Assembly: GCA_965261395.1 (NCBI GenBank)
Contig: OZ253462.1
Location: 2,368,001 to 2,432,000, forward strand
Reading direction: 5' to 3'
From: Candidatus Latescibacterota bacterium
Lineage (GTDB): Bacteria; Latescibacterota; UBA2968; UBA8231
DNA length: 64,000 nt
Below the pieces are notes generated by a model. That model was not told where the DNA came from and did no database searches. It saw only the letters and a list, made by a program, of their open reading frames with translations. Numbering within the stretch: the first letter of the stretch is position 1; every line of letters starts with the position of its first letter. Positions 1 to 9,332 of this stretch are shown piece by piece. Position numbers and translations under genes: made by a program.

Positions 1-14
1 ACTAGGAGAAGGTA

Positions 15-782
15 TTGCCGATGTGCGCTTCAGTTCCTTTTGGCTACAGACGGGGAGTGTGTATTCTCGTTCTAACTCTCGGTCTCTCTAGCTGCAAGTA
101 CGGCTATCAATATTACGCCGATCCACTGCGACCTCTCGATGAAGAGGGCCAAGCTGCCGGTATGATCGTCAGCGACGATGGGACGGTCACCTATGTGGCC
201 GATCGGCTGGAGATAGCTGTGCGACCGTTTTCCGACCGCGAACTGAACAGGCTGTTTCCGGCTCAATCCCTCCAGGGCACGGAATCGACCAACCCCTATA
301 CCTTTGGCAATTGGCGCGATCCCTCCACGGGCACGACGCCCCGGCGCTTTACCGTCTTCCAGCTCAAAGTCAAGAACTATCAGTACCCGAAACTCCTGAT
401 TGATCCGGCAAAGAGTGCCATCATCAGCGATAACGGTCGCCGCTACCCAGCTTTGAGCCAGACCGATATGGAAGAATACTACCGCAAGTACATCACCGGT
501 TATGTCGGCCAACTCTACACCACTTTCCAGGGCCGGAAGGATCTGCTGAGCAGAACGCTGTACCCCGGCGGTGTGGTCTTCAGCGGGCAGGAGACCGAAG
601 GCTTCATCACCTTTGCCGACCTCCACCCAGAGGTCCGCAGGGTGCGCCTGCGCCTCGGCGATATCGCCCTGCGTTTTAACTTTCGCGATGAGCCGATCGA
701 AACGATCGATATTGAGTACTCCTTTGACCGCGAGATTGGCTATTACTACCCCCGCAGAGAGCGGGAGCCCATTAAAAACTGA
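15..782 (+). CDS. Hypothetical lipoprotein
   Basis: 255-aa ORF; AGGAG at 4-8; hydrophobic N-terminus with lipobox-like LGLSSC; apparently co-transcribed with the next gene (10 bp gap). Start could be ATG at 21. Confidence 0.75.
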   Translation: MPMCASVPFGYRRGVCILVLTLGLSSCKYGYQYYADPLRPLDEEGQAAGMIVSDDGTVTYVADRLEIAVRPFSDRELNRLFPAQSLQGTESTNPYTFGNWRDPSTGTTPRRFTVFQLKVKNYQYPKLLIDPAKSAIISDNGRRYPALSQTDMEEYYRKYITGYVGQLYTTFQGRKDLLSRTLYPGGVVFSGQETEGFITFADLHPEVRRVRLRLGDIALRFNFRDEPIETIDIEYSFDREIGYYYPRREREPIKN

Positions 783-792
783 GGTCCATGCG

Positions 793-2754
793 ATGAGCCA
801 GCAGCCGGTGCCTCGGGATTCCGAACCGCCAACTGCATCCTCCGGTCTGAGTTACAAGGCATTTTTTTGGGGCTGCGTCCTCTCCCTATGCGCCGCGATT
901 GGCGCGCTGCACTCGACCTTTATCAACGCCTCGTGGATGGCCCTCAATATCAGCGTGCCCATCGCCTTCTTCGTCTTTGCGCTCTTCGCGGGGCTGGTCA
1001 ATCCCCTCCTCGGTCTGGTCCACCGACGGCTGATGCTGCGACGTGCCGAGTTGGGAAGCGTCTTCATCATGGCGATGATGGCGGCCACCGTGCCGACGGA
1101 GGGCTATGTTGAGCACATGGTGCCCAAAATCGCCAGTGTGTTCTACTACGCCACGCCCGAGAACGACTGGGTGGACCTGATCCACCCGTATATGAAGGGG
1201 TGGTTCGCGCCGCTGGATGGTGAGGCCGTGCAGCACTTTTTCGAGGGGTCGCCAGCCGGGGTGCCCATTCCGTGGGGGGCGTGGATACAACCGCTGTGCG
1301 GCTGGGCGCTGTTCTTTTTGACCTTGTGCTTCGTGATGGTGTGTACGATGGTCATTCTGCGGCGGCAGTGGATCGACCACGAGCGCTTGGTGTATCCGCT
1401 GGTGAAGCTGCCCCTGGAGATGATTGAGGAGGACGGCTCGCTGATGCGGCCGTTTTTCCGCAATCCCGTCATGTGGCTGGGGTTCTCTATCCCGTTCGCG
1501 TTGCTGAGTCTCGACGCCCTGCACAGCTATTACAATTTCATCCCCGCGATAGTCCTCGACACCAGTATTCCCGTATTCCGCGACCTAGTGAGCCTGCGCC
1601 TCGCCCTCAGCTTTATGACCTTGGGGTTTGCCTATTTCGTCAACCTACAAGTGCTCCTGAGCATCTGGGTTTTTTTTCTGCTGACCACCGCCCAACAGGG
1701 CCTCTTCAGCGTCTTGGGCATCGCCATGAGAGAGCGACTGACCGGGTACGCCACTTCGGAAGCGATTGCAGCCCACGAGGGCATGGGTGCCCTGATTGCC
1801 TTTGTGCTCTTCAGTCTGTGGGTGGGACGGGATCATTTGCGGGCCGTGTGCCGCAAAGCTTTTCTGGGGGACGCAGCAGTGGACGACTCTGGAGAGATGC
1901 TCTCCTATCGCACCGCGGTGTTCGGGACGATTATCGGCTTGGCTATCCTGGGCGCGTGGCTGATCTTGTCGGGGCTGCCGGGTTGGTTGGTGCCCTGGTT
2001 TCTGTTCGTGGTCTTCGTTCTATTCGTGGGGTTGAGCCGCTTTGTGGCCGAGGCGGGCTTGGCGACCATCCGGGCACCGATTTACCCACAGGCCTTTATG
2101 ACCTCCACGGTGGGAACCACGGCCATCGGCGCGGAGGGCTTGGCAGCGCTGGGCATGACGTACGCGTGGATTTTGAAGGTGCGCATCTTCGCCATGGCCG
2201 CGTGCGCCAACGCGCTAAAACTCGACGGGGAACTCCACGCGCGAGGGGGCGGACCGCGGCTGTTCTGGGCGATTGTATGGGCGGTGGTCATCAGTCTGGT
2301 TGGCTCGACCTGGTACCTCCTCCACCAAGCCTATACCTACGGCGGCATCAACCTGAACCAGTACTTTTTCGTGGGGTCGCAAACGCCCTTCGAGGATATA
2401 GCGGGGTGGATCGCCAACCCGATGGCGGTGAACTGGGAGGGATGGTTTTACGTGGCATTGGGCGGTGGGGTCATGGTGTTGCTGATGCTGGCGCGGCACT
2501 ACTTTTTGTGGTGGCCGCTGCATCCGGTCGGCTTGCCCATTGCCACGACTTGGGTTACGAACCAGATCTGGGTGAGCGTCTTCCTGGTGTGGCTCTTCAA
2601 GAGCGTGGTGTTGAAATACGGGGGGCCTAGATTGTACAGGCGGATTCAGCCATTTTTTTTGGGATTGGTTTTGGGTAATGTGGCTGCGGGCGGCGCGTGG
2701 TTTCTAATTGATAGTTCGACGGGCATGCAGGGAAATATCCTGGTCTATTTCTGA
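793..2754 (+). CDS. DUF6785/DUF6784-like polytopic membrane protein (putative transporter), paralog 1
   Basis: Start re-called to ATG 793 (MSQQPVP, GAGG upstream). Many TM segments; motifs RRQWxxHERLxYPL, WWPLHPVG, KYGGxxLY, PFFLGLxLG are shared with paralogs at 11123 and 60501. Confidence 0.8.
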   Translation: MSQQPVPRDSEPPTASSGLSYKAFFWGCVLSLCAAIGALHSTFINASWMALNISVPIAFFVFALFAGLVNPLLGLVHRRLMLRRAELGSVFIMAMMAATVPTEGYVEHMVPKIASVFYYATPENDWVDLIHPYMKGWFAPLDGEAVQHFFEGSPAGVPIPWGAWIQPLCGWALFFLTLCFVMVCTMVILRRQWIDHERLVYPLVKLPLEMIEEDGSLMRPFFRNPVMWLGFSIPFALLSLDALHSYYNFIPAIVLDTSIPVFRDLVSLRLALSFMTLGFAYFVNLQVLLSIWVFFLLTTAQQGLFSVLGIAMRERLTGYATSEAIAAHEGMGALIAFVLFSLWVGRDHLRAVCRKAFLGDAAVDDSGEMLSYRTAVFGTIIGLAILGAWLILSGLPGWLVPWFLFVVFVLFVGLSRFVAEAGLATIRAPIYPQAFMTSTVGTTAIGAEGLAALGMTYAWILKVRIFAMAACANALKLDGELHARGGGPRLFWAIVWAVVISLVGSTWYLLHQAYTYGGINLNQYFFVGSQTPFEDIAGWIANPMAVNWEGWFYVALGGGVMVLLMLARHYFLWWPLHPVGLPIATTWVTNQIWVSVFLVWLFKSVVLKYGGPRLYRRIQPFFLGLVLGNVAAGGAWFLIDSSTGMQGNILVYF

Positions 2755-2759
2755 GCGAG

Positions 2760-3692
2760 GTGAATATGCACTACCGAAAATTGGGCAGGACTGAACTAAG
2801 GGTCTCCGAAATCGGCTATGGCACCAATATGCTGGGCCGGCGGGAACTGACCGAATCCGAGCACATCGCCATGGTGCATCGGGCCATGGAACTGGGCATC
2901 AATTGCGTCGATACAGCGGACGTGTACCAGGAAGGGAGGAGCGAGATCATGCTGGGGAAAGCGCTGAAGGGACGCCGCGACCAGATGATTCTGGCCACCA
3001 AGGTCGGCAGTGTTATCCCCAGAGAGGGACGGGATATTTCTCCGGGGCATATTGAAAAGGCTGTAGAGGCGAGTTTGCGCCGGTTGCAGACGGATTATAT
3101 CGATGTGTACCAACTGCACAGTCCACAGCTTCATCATCTGCAGGAGAACAATTGGCTGGAGGCCATGCAGAGCCTGAAGGAACAGGGCAAGATTCGCTAC
3201 TGGGGGGCTAGTGTCAACCACATCGACGCTGGTGTCTGGCTGCTGGAACAGGACCTAATCGACTCGCTGCAGCCCACCTTCCACATGCTCTACCACGATA
3301 TGGCGGACGCTATGTTCGGGCTGGCGACCGAGCGGGATGTGGGCGTCGTGGTCAAACAGGGTCTGGCCCGGGGCTTGGTGAGCGGCAAGTATGCGGCCGA
3401 CCACGCCTTCACGGGAAGTGGCTGGCACGAACAAGGGGCGGTGGTGGACGCCCAGGTCATTTTGCGGAAAGTGGAAGAACTCCGGTTTCTCGAGCGGGCG
3501 GGGCGCAGCCAAGCTCAGGCCGCCCTCCAGTACCTCCTGAGTTATCCAGTGGTGTCGACCATCATCGCCGGGGCCAAGCGCGTAGAGCAGTTGGAAATGA
3601 ACGCCGGAGCGTCCAATGGAATGGGACTGGCGGGGGAGGAACTGGAACGGGTGAAGGCCATTTTAGGACGGGACGGCGATCAGACTTGGTGA
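2760..3692 (+). CDS. Aldo/keto reductase
   Basis: YRKLGRTELRVSEIGYG, GINCVDTADVY, LATKVG, SLRRLQTDYIDVYQLH motifs. Confidence 0.9.
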   Translation: MNMHYRKLGRTELRVSEIGYGTNMLGRRELTESEHIAMVHRAMELGINCVDTADVYQEGRSEIMLGKALKGRRDQMILATKVGSVIPREGRDISPGHIEKAVEASLRRLQTDYIDVYQLHSPQLHHLQENNWLEAMQSLKEQGKIRYWGASVNHIDAGVWLLEQDLIDSLQPTFHMLYHDMADAMFGLATERDVGVVVKQGLARGLVSGKYAADHAFTGSGWHEQGAVVDAQVILRKVEELRFLERAGRSQAQAALQYLLSYPVVSTIIAGAKRVEQLEMNAGASNGMGLAGEELERVKAILGRDGDQTW

Positions 3693-4759
3693 CGCTCGAC
3701 AAACTCCCAATCTAGTTCCAAGCCCAGGCCGGGCTGTTCGCGCATGGCGATGTGCCCGTTCTCGACTTTGAGAGGGGGATTGTACATACGGGACCAGATC
3801 TGGTAGCTCTCGCTTTCGGGACAGGCGGACATGATCAAACTGTTGGGCACGGCCGCCATCAGGTGGCAGTTGATGTCCGGGTACTGCGCCCCGTGCGGGG
3901 ATATGGGGACATCAAAAGCCTGGGCCAGAGCGGCTATCCGCTTGAGTCCGGTATAGCCGCCGCCGGCCAGGATATCGGTCTGCACCACCTCGAGGGCTTC
4001 TTCTTCGAGCAAGCGCCTGATACCGTGGAGGGTGCCCTCGCCCTCGCCGCCGACCACCAAGGCCGTGGTGACCTCCTGGACTTTGCGCATATAGTACAGC
4101 TCATCGTCTTGGCGCACTGGTTCCTCAATCCAGTAGAGCTGGTAGTCTTCGAGCTGACGGGCGGTCGCCACGGCCTCGTCTCCGTCCCAGGCGTGGTGCA
4201 CGTCGATCATCAGTTTCTTGCGCGGACCAATCAACTCGCGTGAACGCTGCACTCGCTCTACTACTTCCGCGGGATTGGCAGCCTGGTACATGTGGATTTT
4301 GACGGCGTCATAGCCCAGGTCGACGAATTTTTTGACCTGTGTTGCTATGCCCTGTGGGGACTGATCCGGCGCATTTCGATATCCGGCTCCGTCCGCGTAC
4401 ACCGGGATCTTGTCCCGGTAGCCGCCCAAGAGCCGCCACACTGGCTGTCCGCAGATCTTGCCGCACAGATCCCACAAGGCCACGTCTAGGGCCCCAATGG
4501 AGGACATCGCCGACCGGCCCGGTCCACGCCACACGGCTTCGTACATCTGTTCCCAGAGCTGGGCAATACTGAGCGGATCTCGCCCTATGAGCAGGGGCCC
4601 CAGATCGCGGGCGATCACCCGTGGATCGCCGCCACGGCCAAGGCCCTGCAGACCCTGATCGGTGTGGATGAGGACGATGGACCACTCCCCGATTCCTCCT
4701 TTTCCCGTCGGGTCCACGGGTAGCCTTACGACTAGGGTTTCGACACGGGTAATGCGCAT
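3680..4759 (-). CDS. Mandelate racemase/muconate lactonizing enzyme (enolase superfamily)
   Basis: DVALWDLCGK...PVWRLLGG, KIH, MID, WIEEP, GE, PGLGLELD motifs. Confidence 0.9.
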   Translation of the reverse strand: MRITRVETLVVRLPVDPTGKGGIGEWSIVLIHTDQGLQGLGRGGDPRVIARDLGPLLIGRDPLSIAQLWEQMYEAVWRGPGRSAMSSIGALDVALWDLCGKICGQPVWRLLGGYRDKIPVYADGAGYRNAPDQSPQGIATQVKKFVDLGYDAVKIHMYQAANPAEVVERVQRSRELIGPRKKLMIDVHHAWDGDEAVATARQLEDYQLYWIEEPVRQDDELYYMRKVQEVTTALVVGGEGEGTLHGIRRLLEEEALEVVQTDILAGGGYTGLKRIAALAQAFDVPISPHGAQYPDINCHLMAAVPNSLIMSACPESESYQIWSRMYNPPLKVENGHIAMREQPGLGLELDWEFVERHQV

Positions 4760-4779
4760 GAGAATATCCGTCCTCCTCT

Positions 4780-7002
4780 TTAAGGATGGTGATCGCGCCC
4801 GGTTCGGCCAGGGGGCGACAAGTCAAAGGCTTGCAGTTCGACGGGAGTTGGAACCGGATCCCCTTCGCGGATTTTATAGGCCCGATCCATGGCTAGGTCG
4901 GTGAAAAGTTGCGTCTCACCAGAAGCCGGCCAGGTGATTGCGACTGACTCGATGGCCGTCGCTTGGCCCAGACCAATTTCCTGCTGTAGGCTCGAACCGC
5001 CAAAACTGGCCCCGGCCGTCACCGCAGCATAGATGTCGCGACGGCCGCTTTTGGTGTGCAGGCCGACTCGAATGCGGGCCCCAATGGCGGCGCGGTTGGA
5101 ATGCACACCTTGTAACTGGAGGGTGAGCCAGTGGTTGCCGTGTCCGGGATTCTCAAAGAGGACATTGTGGGACAGATCCCCAGTATAGGAGCCCCCTATG
5201 ACCGCGTAGATGTCTTGGTCGCCGTCGTTGTCGAGATCGCCAAAGGCCACGCCGTGGCCTTTTTGCAGATGCCCGAACCCGCCCGAGGTGGTAACCTCCT
5301 GGAACAGTTGCCCCCCGGCGTTGCGGAACATGCGATTGGGCATGACCGAGCGGAACGAAGGCGAACCCGTACCCGCATAAAAGTCGGGCCAGCCGTCGTT
5401 GTCGAGGTCGCCGAAATTGCACCCCATAGTGTAGAGCACCTTGTCGAGCCCGACTTGGAAGGTCACATCGGCGAAAGTGCCGTCGCCTTGGTTGCGGTAC
5501 AGGCGGGGGAACTCGGCATCGTGGGGCAGACCGAGGTATTCGGCTGCTAGATCACCGGCATTGGCGTGATACCCGGAGACGAATAGGTCGAGCCAGCCAT
5601 CGTTGTCGTAGTCCCAGAACCAGGCCGGAAAGCTCCAGACGGGTTCGGCTACTCCGGCCTGGGCGGTGGCGTCGGCAAAGGTCCACTGGCCGGATGTATT
5701 TTCGCCCTCGTTCCTGAAGAGGAGATTGGGAGCGGTGAGCCGCGAAATGTACAGATCGAGCCGGCCGTCGTTGTCGTAGTCGCCCCAGACGACGCCCTTG
5801 ACGTAGCCCGAGACAGCGACGCCCGCTTCTTCCGCCACATCGGCGAACGTGCCGTCGCCCTGGTTGTGAAAGAGCTGGCAGGGGTGGATGTTATGGCGGA
5901 AAGATTCGTTGCCAATGTACAGATCGATCCAGCCGTCGTTGTCGTAGTCGCCCCAGGCAGCCGTCTGGGTGGGATAAAAGGCGAGCAAGCCGGCCTCTGC
6001 GGTGACATCGTCAAAAAAGCTGTCGCCGTAGTTGTGCAGCAGCGAATTGGGATGCCGACCGTCTTCTTCCCACCAAGCCCCGCGCAGGACGAGCACATCG
6101 GCAAAGCCGTTGTTGTCATAGTCGGCGTGGACGATTTGCAGCCCGCCGACTACACCGTTCAAGCCGGCCTCTGCGGTGACATCGTCAAAGGTGCCATCGC
6201 CCCGGTTGCGAAAGTAGCGGAGCTGATCGCGGAGACCCCAGGATGAGGCCATGATATCCAGATCGCCGTCGCTGTCAAAGTCCTCGGCAATACTGCCTCC
6301 CGCCAGAGACACCGCGTCTAATCCTAGGTGCGGGGCGACATCGCCAAAGCGCCCGATGTCGCCATCGGAGACAAAGGCCGTTGGCGGAATGAGCCATTGC
6401 GACGGCACGGAGTCGGGATATTCACCGAGGAGCATGTACGCGATGTTGAGGAGCCAGCGGGCTGTCATTTCGCCGGGATCGTCCCGTAGGATGGCGGTGA
6501 ATTCTCCAAGCGCGGCCCGGGCTCCCCTCTGATTGTCGTGTACTCCGGCTTGGCTGATGGGAAAGAGACACGATTCGCTGGTGTGCTGTTGGAGGCAGTT
6601 GTCCTGTTCACCTAAACGGAGATAGGCCAGGGCAAGGAGTTTGTGTACGCTGGGTTTGGTCTTGGTCGCACCGAGTTGTTGTTTTAGGCTCAGGAAGCGG
6701 TCGATGGCTTCTTGGCTTTGGCCGGCGCGCAGGAATTCGCGCGCCAGATGCACCTGTAGGCGCAGTCTGTCAACCGGGTCGGAGGGCAGGTCGAGTTGGC
6801 GCAAGTACTCGACTCTTGCATCATTGATGTAGGTGTTTGTAGCGGGATTGAGATTGCGGGCGATTTCTTTGAGGCGGGCGGCCATGCGCTTTGTGCCGGG
6901 CCCCTGCTGCGGAGGGGAGGACGAGATATTGCAGGCCGCTAGGACTATAGAGATAGAGGCAGCGACAGTGCCGAGGCGTACTTTCACTGGGTGTACATTC
7001 AT
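4780..7002 (-). CDS. CRTAC1/ASPIC-UnbV family lipoprotein with FG-GAP repeats and TPR-like N-terminus
   Basis: Lipobox IVLAAC; repeated WGDYDNDGxxDLY and LFRNxGDGTFxDV; C-terminal SNRAAIGARI...EIGLG ASPIC domain. Confidence 0.88.
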   Translation of the reverse strand: MNVHPVKVRLGTVAASISIVLAACNISSSPPQQGPGTKRMAARLKEIARNLNPATNTYINDARVEYLRQLDLPSDPVDRLRLQVHLAREFLRAGQSQEAIDRFLSLKQQLGATKTKPSVHKLLALAYLRLGEQDNCLQQHTSESCLFPISQAGVHDNQRGARAALGEFTAILRDDPGEMTARWLLNIAYMLLGEYPDSVPSQWLIPPTAFVSDGDIGRFGDVAPHLGLDAVSLAGGSIAEDFDSDGDLDIMASSWGLRDQLRYFRNRGDGTFDDVTAEAGLNGVVGGLQIVHADYDNNGFADVLVLRGAWWEEDGRHPNSLLHNYGDSFFDDVTAEAGLLAFYPTQTAAWGDYDNDGWIDLYIGNESFRHNIHPCQLFHNQGDGTFADVAEEAGVAVSGYVKGVVWGDYDNDGRLDLYISRLTAPNLLFRNEGENTSGQWTFADATAQAGVAEPVWSFPAWFWDYDNDGWLDLFVSGYHANAGDLAAEYLGLPHDAEFPRLYRNQGDGTFADVTFQVGLDKVLYTMGCNFGDLDNDGWPDFYAGTGSPSFRSVMPNRMFRNAGGQLFQEVTTSGGFGHLQKGHGVAFGDLDNDGDQDIYAVIGGSYTGDLSHNVLFENPGHGNHWLTLQLQGVHSNRAAIGARIRVGLHTKSGRRDIYAAVTAGASFGGSSLQQEIGLGQATAIESVAITWPASGETQLFTDLAMDRAYKIREGDPVPTPVELQAFDLSPPGRTGRDHHP

Positions 7003-7015
7003 TTACGAGATATAG

Positions 7016-7888
7016 ATGCTCGCTTTTCGCCTGTCAAGAAGAGTGATTGGCCTCTTGGTCCTGTCGATTTTGGGCGCACTGGCTGGAGCGTTATATTTTT
7101 TTTCGCCCAAAGTGATCGGATACCTCAAAGAGGTGAGGAGGCCCACGGGCCAGGCCATCGCCGTGGAACTACCCGGTGGTGCGACCATGGATATGGTGTG
7201 GATCGGCCGGGGTAGTTTCCTCATGGGCTCCCCCGCCGACGAACCCGGACGAGATCAGAACGAAGGACCGCAGCACCGAGTTACCATCAGCCGGGGCTTC
7301 TACATCGGGAAATACGAGATCACGCAGGCCCAGTGGACCAGCGTCATGCACTCGCGACCGTGGGTGGGAAAGAGCCATGTCGAGGATAATCCGCACCATC
7401 CGGCCGTGTACATCTCATGGGAAGATGTGCGGGAATTCACGCGTCGTCTCAACCGGATGGCCGGGGCGGAAGTGTACCGCCTCCCCACGGCCGCGGAGTG
7501 GGAGTACGCCTGCCGCGCCGGCACTGCGACGCCGTGGTCCTTTGGGGAGGACGATAGCGCCTTGCAAAAGCACGCTTGGTACGCGGACAATACTTGGGCA
7601 GCGGGCGAGCGCTACGGCCATGCGGTGGGCACCAAGCTTTCCAACCCATGGGGCCTGCACGACATGCACGGGAATGTGTGGGAGTGGGTCCAGGACTGGT
7701 ATTCGAGCGAGCCCTACAGCAACGTGCCCGAGGTCGATCCCAAGGGGCCGGCAAAGGGTTTTTTGCGCGTCGGTCGCGGCGGGGCCTTTGGCAATTACGG
7801 GCACGTTTTGCGGTCGGCCAATCGCTCGGGAGGTGACCCGACCAGCCGCAATGCCGGCACCGGAGCCCGATTGGTGCGCCAAGAGTAG
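7016..7888 (+). CDS. Formylglycine-generating enzyme (FGE-sulfatase/SUMF1) family protein, membrane-anchored
   Basis: FLMGS, EGPQHRV, KYEITQAQW, RLPTAAEWEYACRAG, NPWGLHDMHGNVWEW; N-terminal TM; no catalytic Cys pair visible. Confidence 0.88.
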   Translation: MLAFRLSRRVIGLLVLSILGALAGALYFFSPKVIGYLKEVRRPTGQAIAVELPGGATMDMVWIGRGSFLMGSPADEPGRDQNEGPQHRVTISRGFYIGKYEITQAQWTSVMHSRPWVGKSHVEDNPHHPAVYISWEDVREFTRRLNRMAGAEVYRLPTAAEWEYACRAGTATPWSFGEDDSALQKHAWYADNTWAAGERYGHAVGTKLSNPWGLHDMHGNVWEWVQDWYSSEPYSNVPEVDPKGPAKGFLRVGRGGAFGNYGHVLRSANRSGGDPTSRNAGTGARLVRQE

Positions 7889-7969
7889 CCCTAGTCTATA
7901 TATAGGGGAGGACAAGCCGCTTTTCGCTCCCTTGCGGGTCACAGAGCGAATTTCCTCATAGAGTCCAAG

Positions 7970-9289
7970 GTGAATCCGATGGACAAATCACCCTCTGCTG
8001 AAACCAGTGGCGCACCGGCCCCACAGGTGCCCCGGACTTTTTTTCAGTACCTGCGCTCTTTTGGGCCGGGCATAGTCATCGCAATGACTTGGATGGGTGC
8101 CGGCGACGTGGTCGAGTCGGCCGTGGCCGGTGGCAACTACGGGTACGCGCTGATGTGGGTACTGGCGCTGGCACTGGTAGTGCGCTTTCTGTTCGTATCC
8201 CTGATCGCCAAGTACCAATTGTGCAACCAGCGGGGAGAGGGAGTCTTGGATGGGCTGGGCCGTCTGCATCCTTGGTATCCTCCCTTCCTGGCGCTGATGG
8301 GCTTCGTCATAGGACACATCCAGGGCGCGTACCTCATTGTGGGAATCGGCGAAATTTCGGTCAATGTGACGGGCATCGGGTACGTCTGGCTGTGGGGCCT
8401 GTTCTGGAATTTGGTGACGCTGGCCATTGTTTTCCGCCCGGAGTACGGCCGCCTCGAGTTGCTCTTCAAGATCCTGCTGGGCTTGCTCTCGGTCTCCTTC
8501 CTCGGCGCGGCCCTGTGGGTCGGACCCTCCCCGACCAAAATTTTGCAGGGCGTCTTTGCTTTCGACCTGCCCGAACAGGTGGGTTCCTTTGGCTCGCTCC
8601 TAGTGGCCATTGGGTTGATCGGGACCATCGGCGGATCGCTGGCCAATCTGGTCTATCCCTACTTCTTAGAACAAAAGGGTTGGATCGGGCCTGCGTTCCG
8701 CCGCGTACAGTTCTACGATCTCCTGCTGGGGATCGTCGTCCTAATCGTCCTCGACTTGGCGATTTGGACCCTAGGTGCCGAAGTGCTCCACCCGCGCGGT
8801 TTGACCATCGCAGAGATGGACGATCTGCCCCGACTGCTGAGCACGATCCTCGGAGAGGGTGGCCGTTTATTGTTCTATCTGGGACTCTTTGCCGTCCTGT
8901 ACACGGGCCTAGTGGGGCAGGCCCTTGGTTTTGGTGCCCTGTGCTCCCACGGGTACCAGCGCTGGCGGGCTGGCCCAGAAGTCCAGTTGCAGGCGTACCA
9001 AGCGCATCCGAGCTACCGGTGGGTCGTAGTCTGGTGCCTGATTTCTCCGGTCGTCTGGACTGCGCCCGGTATGCCGGGCTTTGTCGTCATGACCGTCTTC
9101 GCCGCCACCGCCTCAGTGGTATTGATCCCCCTGCTTGTAGGCGGCTTGTGGTGGATTACTGCCAAGGCGGAGTACATCGGCACAGAATACAAGAATCGCC
9201 TGTGGGAGAACGTCCTCATGGGCGCGTTGTTCGCCTTGGGACTGTGGGGGGCCTACGGTTCGGTAAAGTCGATCGCGGAGTCGTTTTGA
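7970..9289 (+). CDS. Nramp-like (APC superfamily) transporter
   Basis: GPGIVIAMTWMGAGD...AGGNYGYALMW N-terminal motif; about 11 TM segments. Confidence 0.8.
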   Translation: MNPMDKSPSAETSGAPAPQVPRTFFQYLRSFGPGIVIAMTWMGAGDVVESAVAGGNYGYALMWVLALALVVRFLFVSLIAKYQLCNQRGEGVLDGLGRLHPWYPPFLALMGFVIGHIQGAYLIVGIGEISVNVTGIGYVWLWGLFWNLVTLAIVFRPEYGRLELLFKILLGLLSVSFLGAALWVGPSPTKILQGVFAFDLPEQVGSFGSLLVAIGLIGTIGGSLANLVYPYFLEQKGWIGPAFRRVQFYDLLLGIVVLIVLDLAIWTLGAEVLHPRGLTIAEMDDLPRLLSTILGEGGRLLFYLGLFAVLYTGLVGQALGFGALCSHGYQRWRAGPEVQLQAYQAHPSYRWVVVWCLISPVVWTAPGMPGFVVMTVFAATASVVLIPLLVGGLWWITAKAEYIGTEYKNRLWENVLMGALFALGLWGAYGSVKSIAESF

Positions 9290-9332
9290 TGCCCGGGCGA
9301 TGAGCGGAAACGCGGCGACCACAAAGCCTATT

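Noticed and set aside
571-792. N-terminal extensions in the ORF track (also 24425-24604, 36023-36583, 59027-59329, 33220-33639)
   Set aside because: They overlap upstream genes or promoters; better starts with RBS or paralog support lie downstream.
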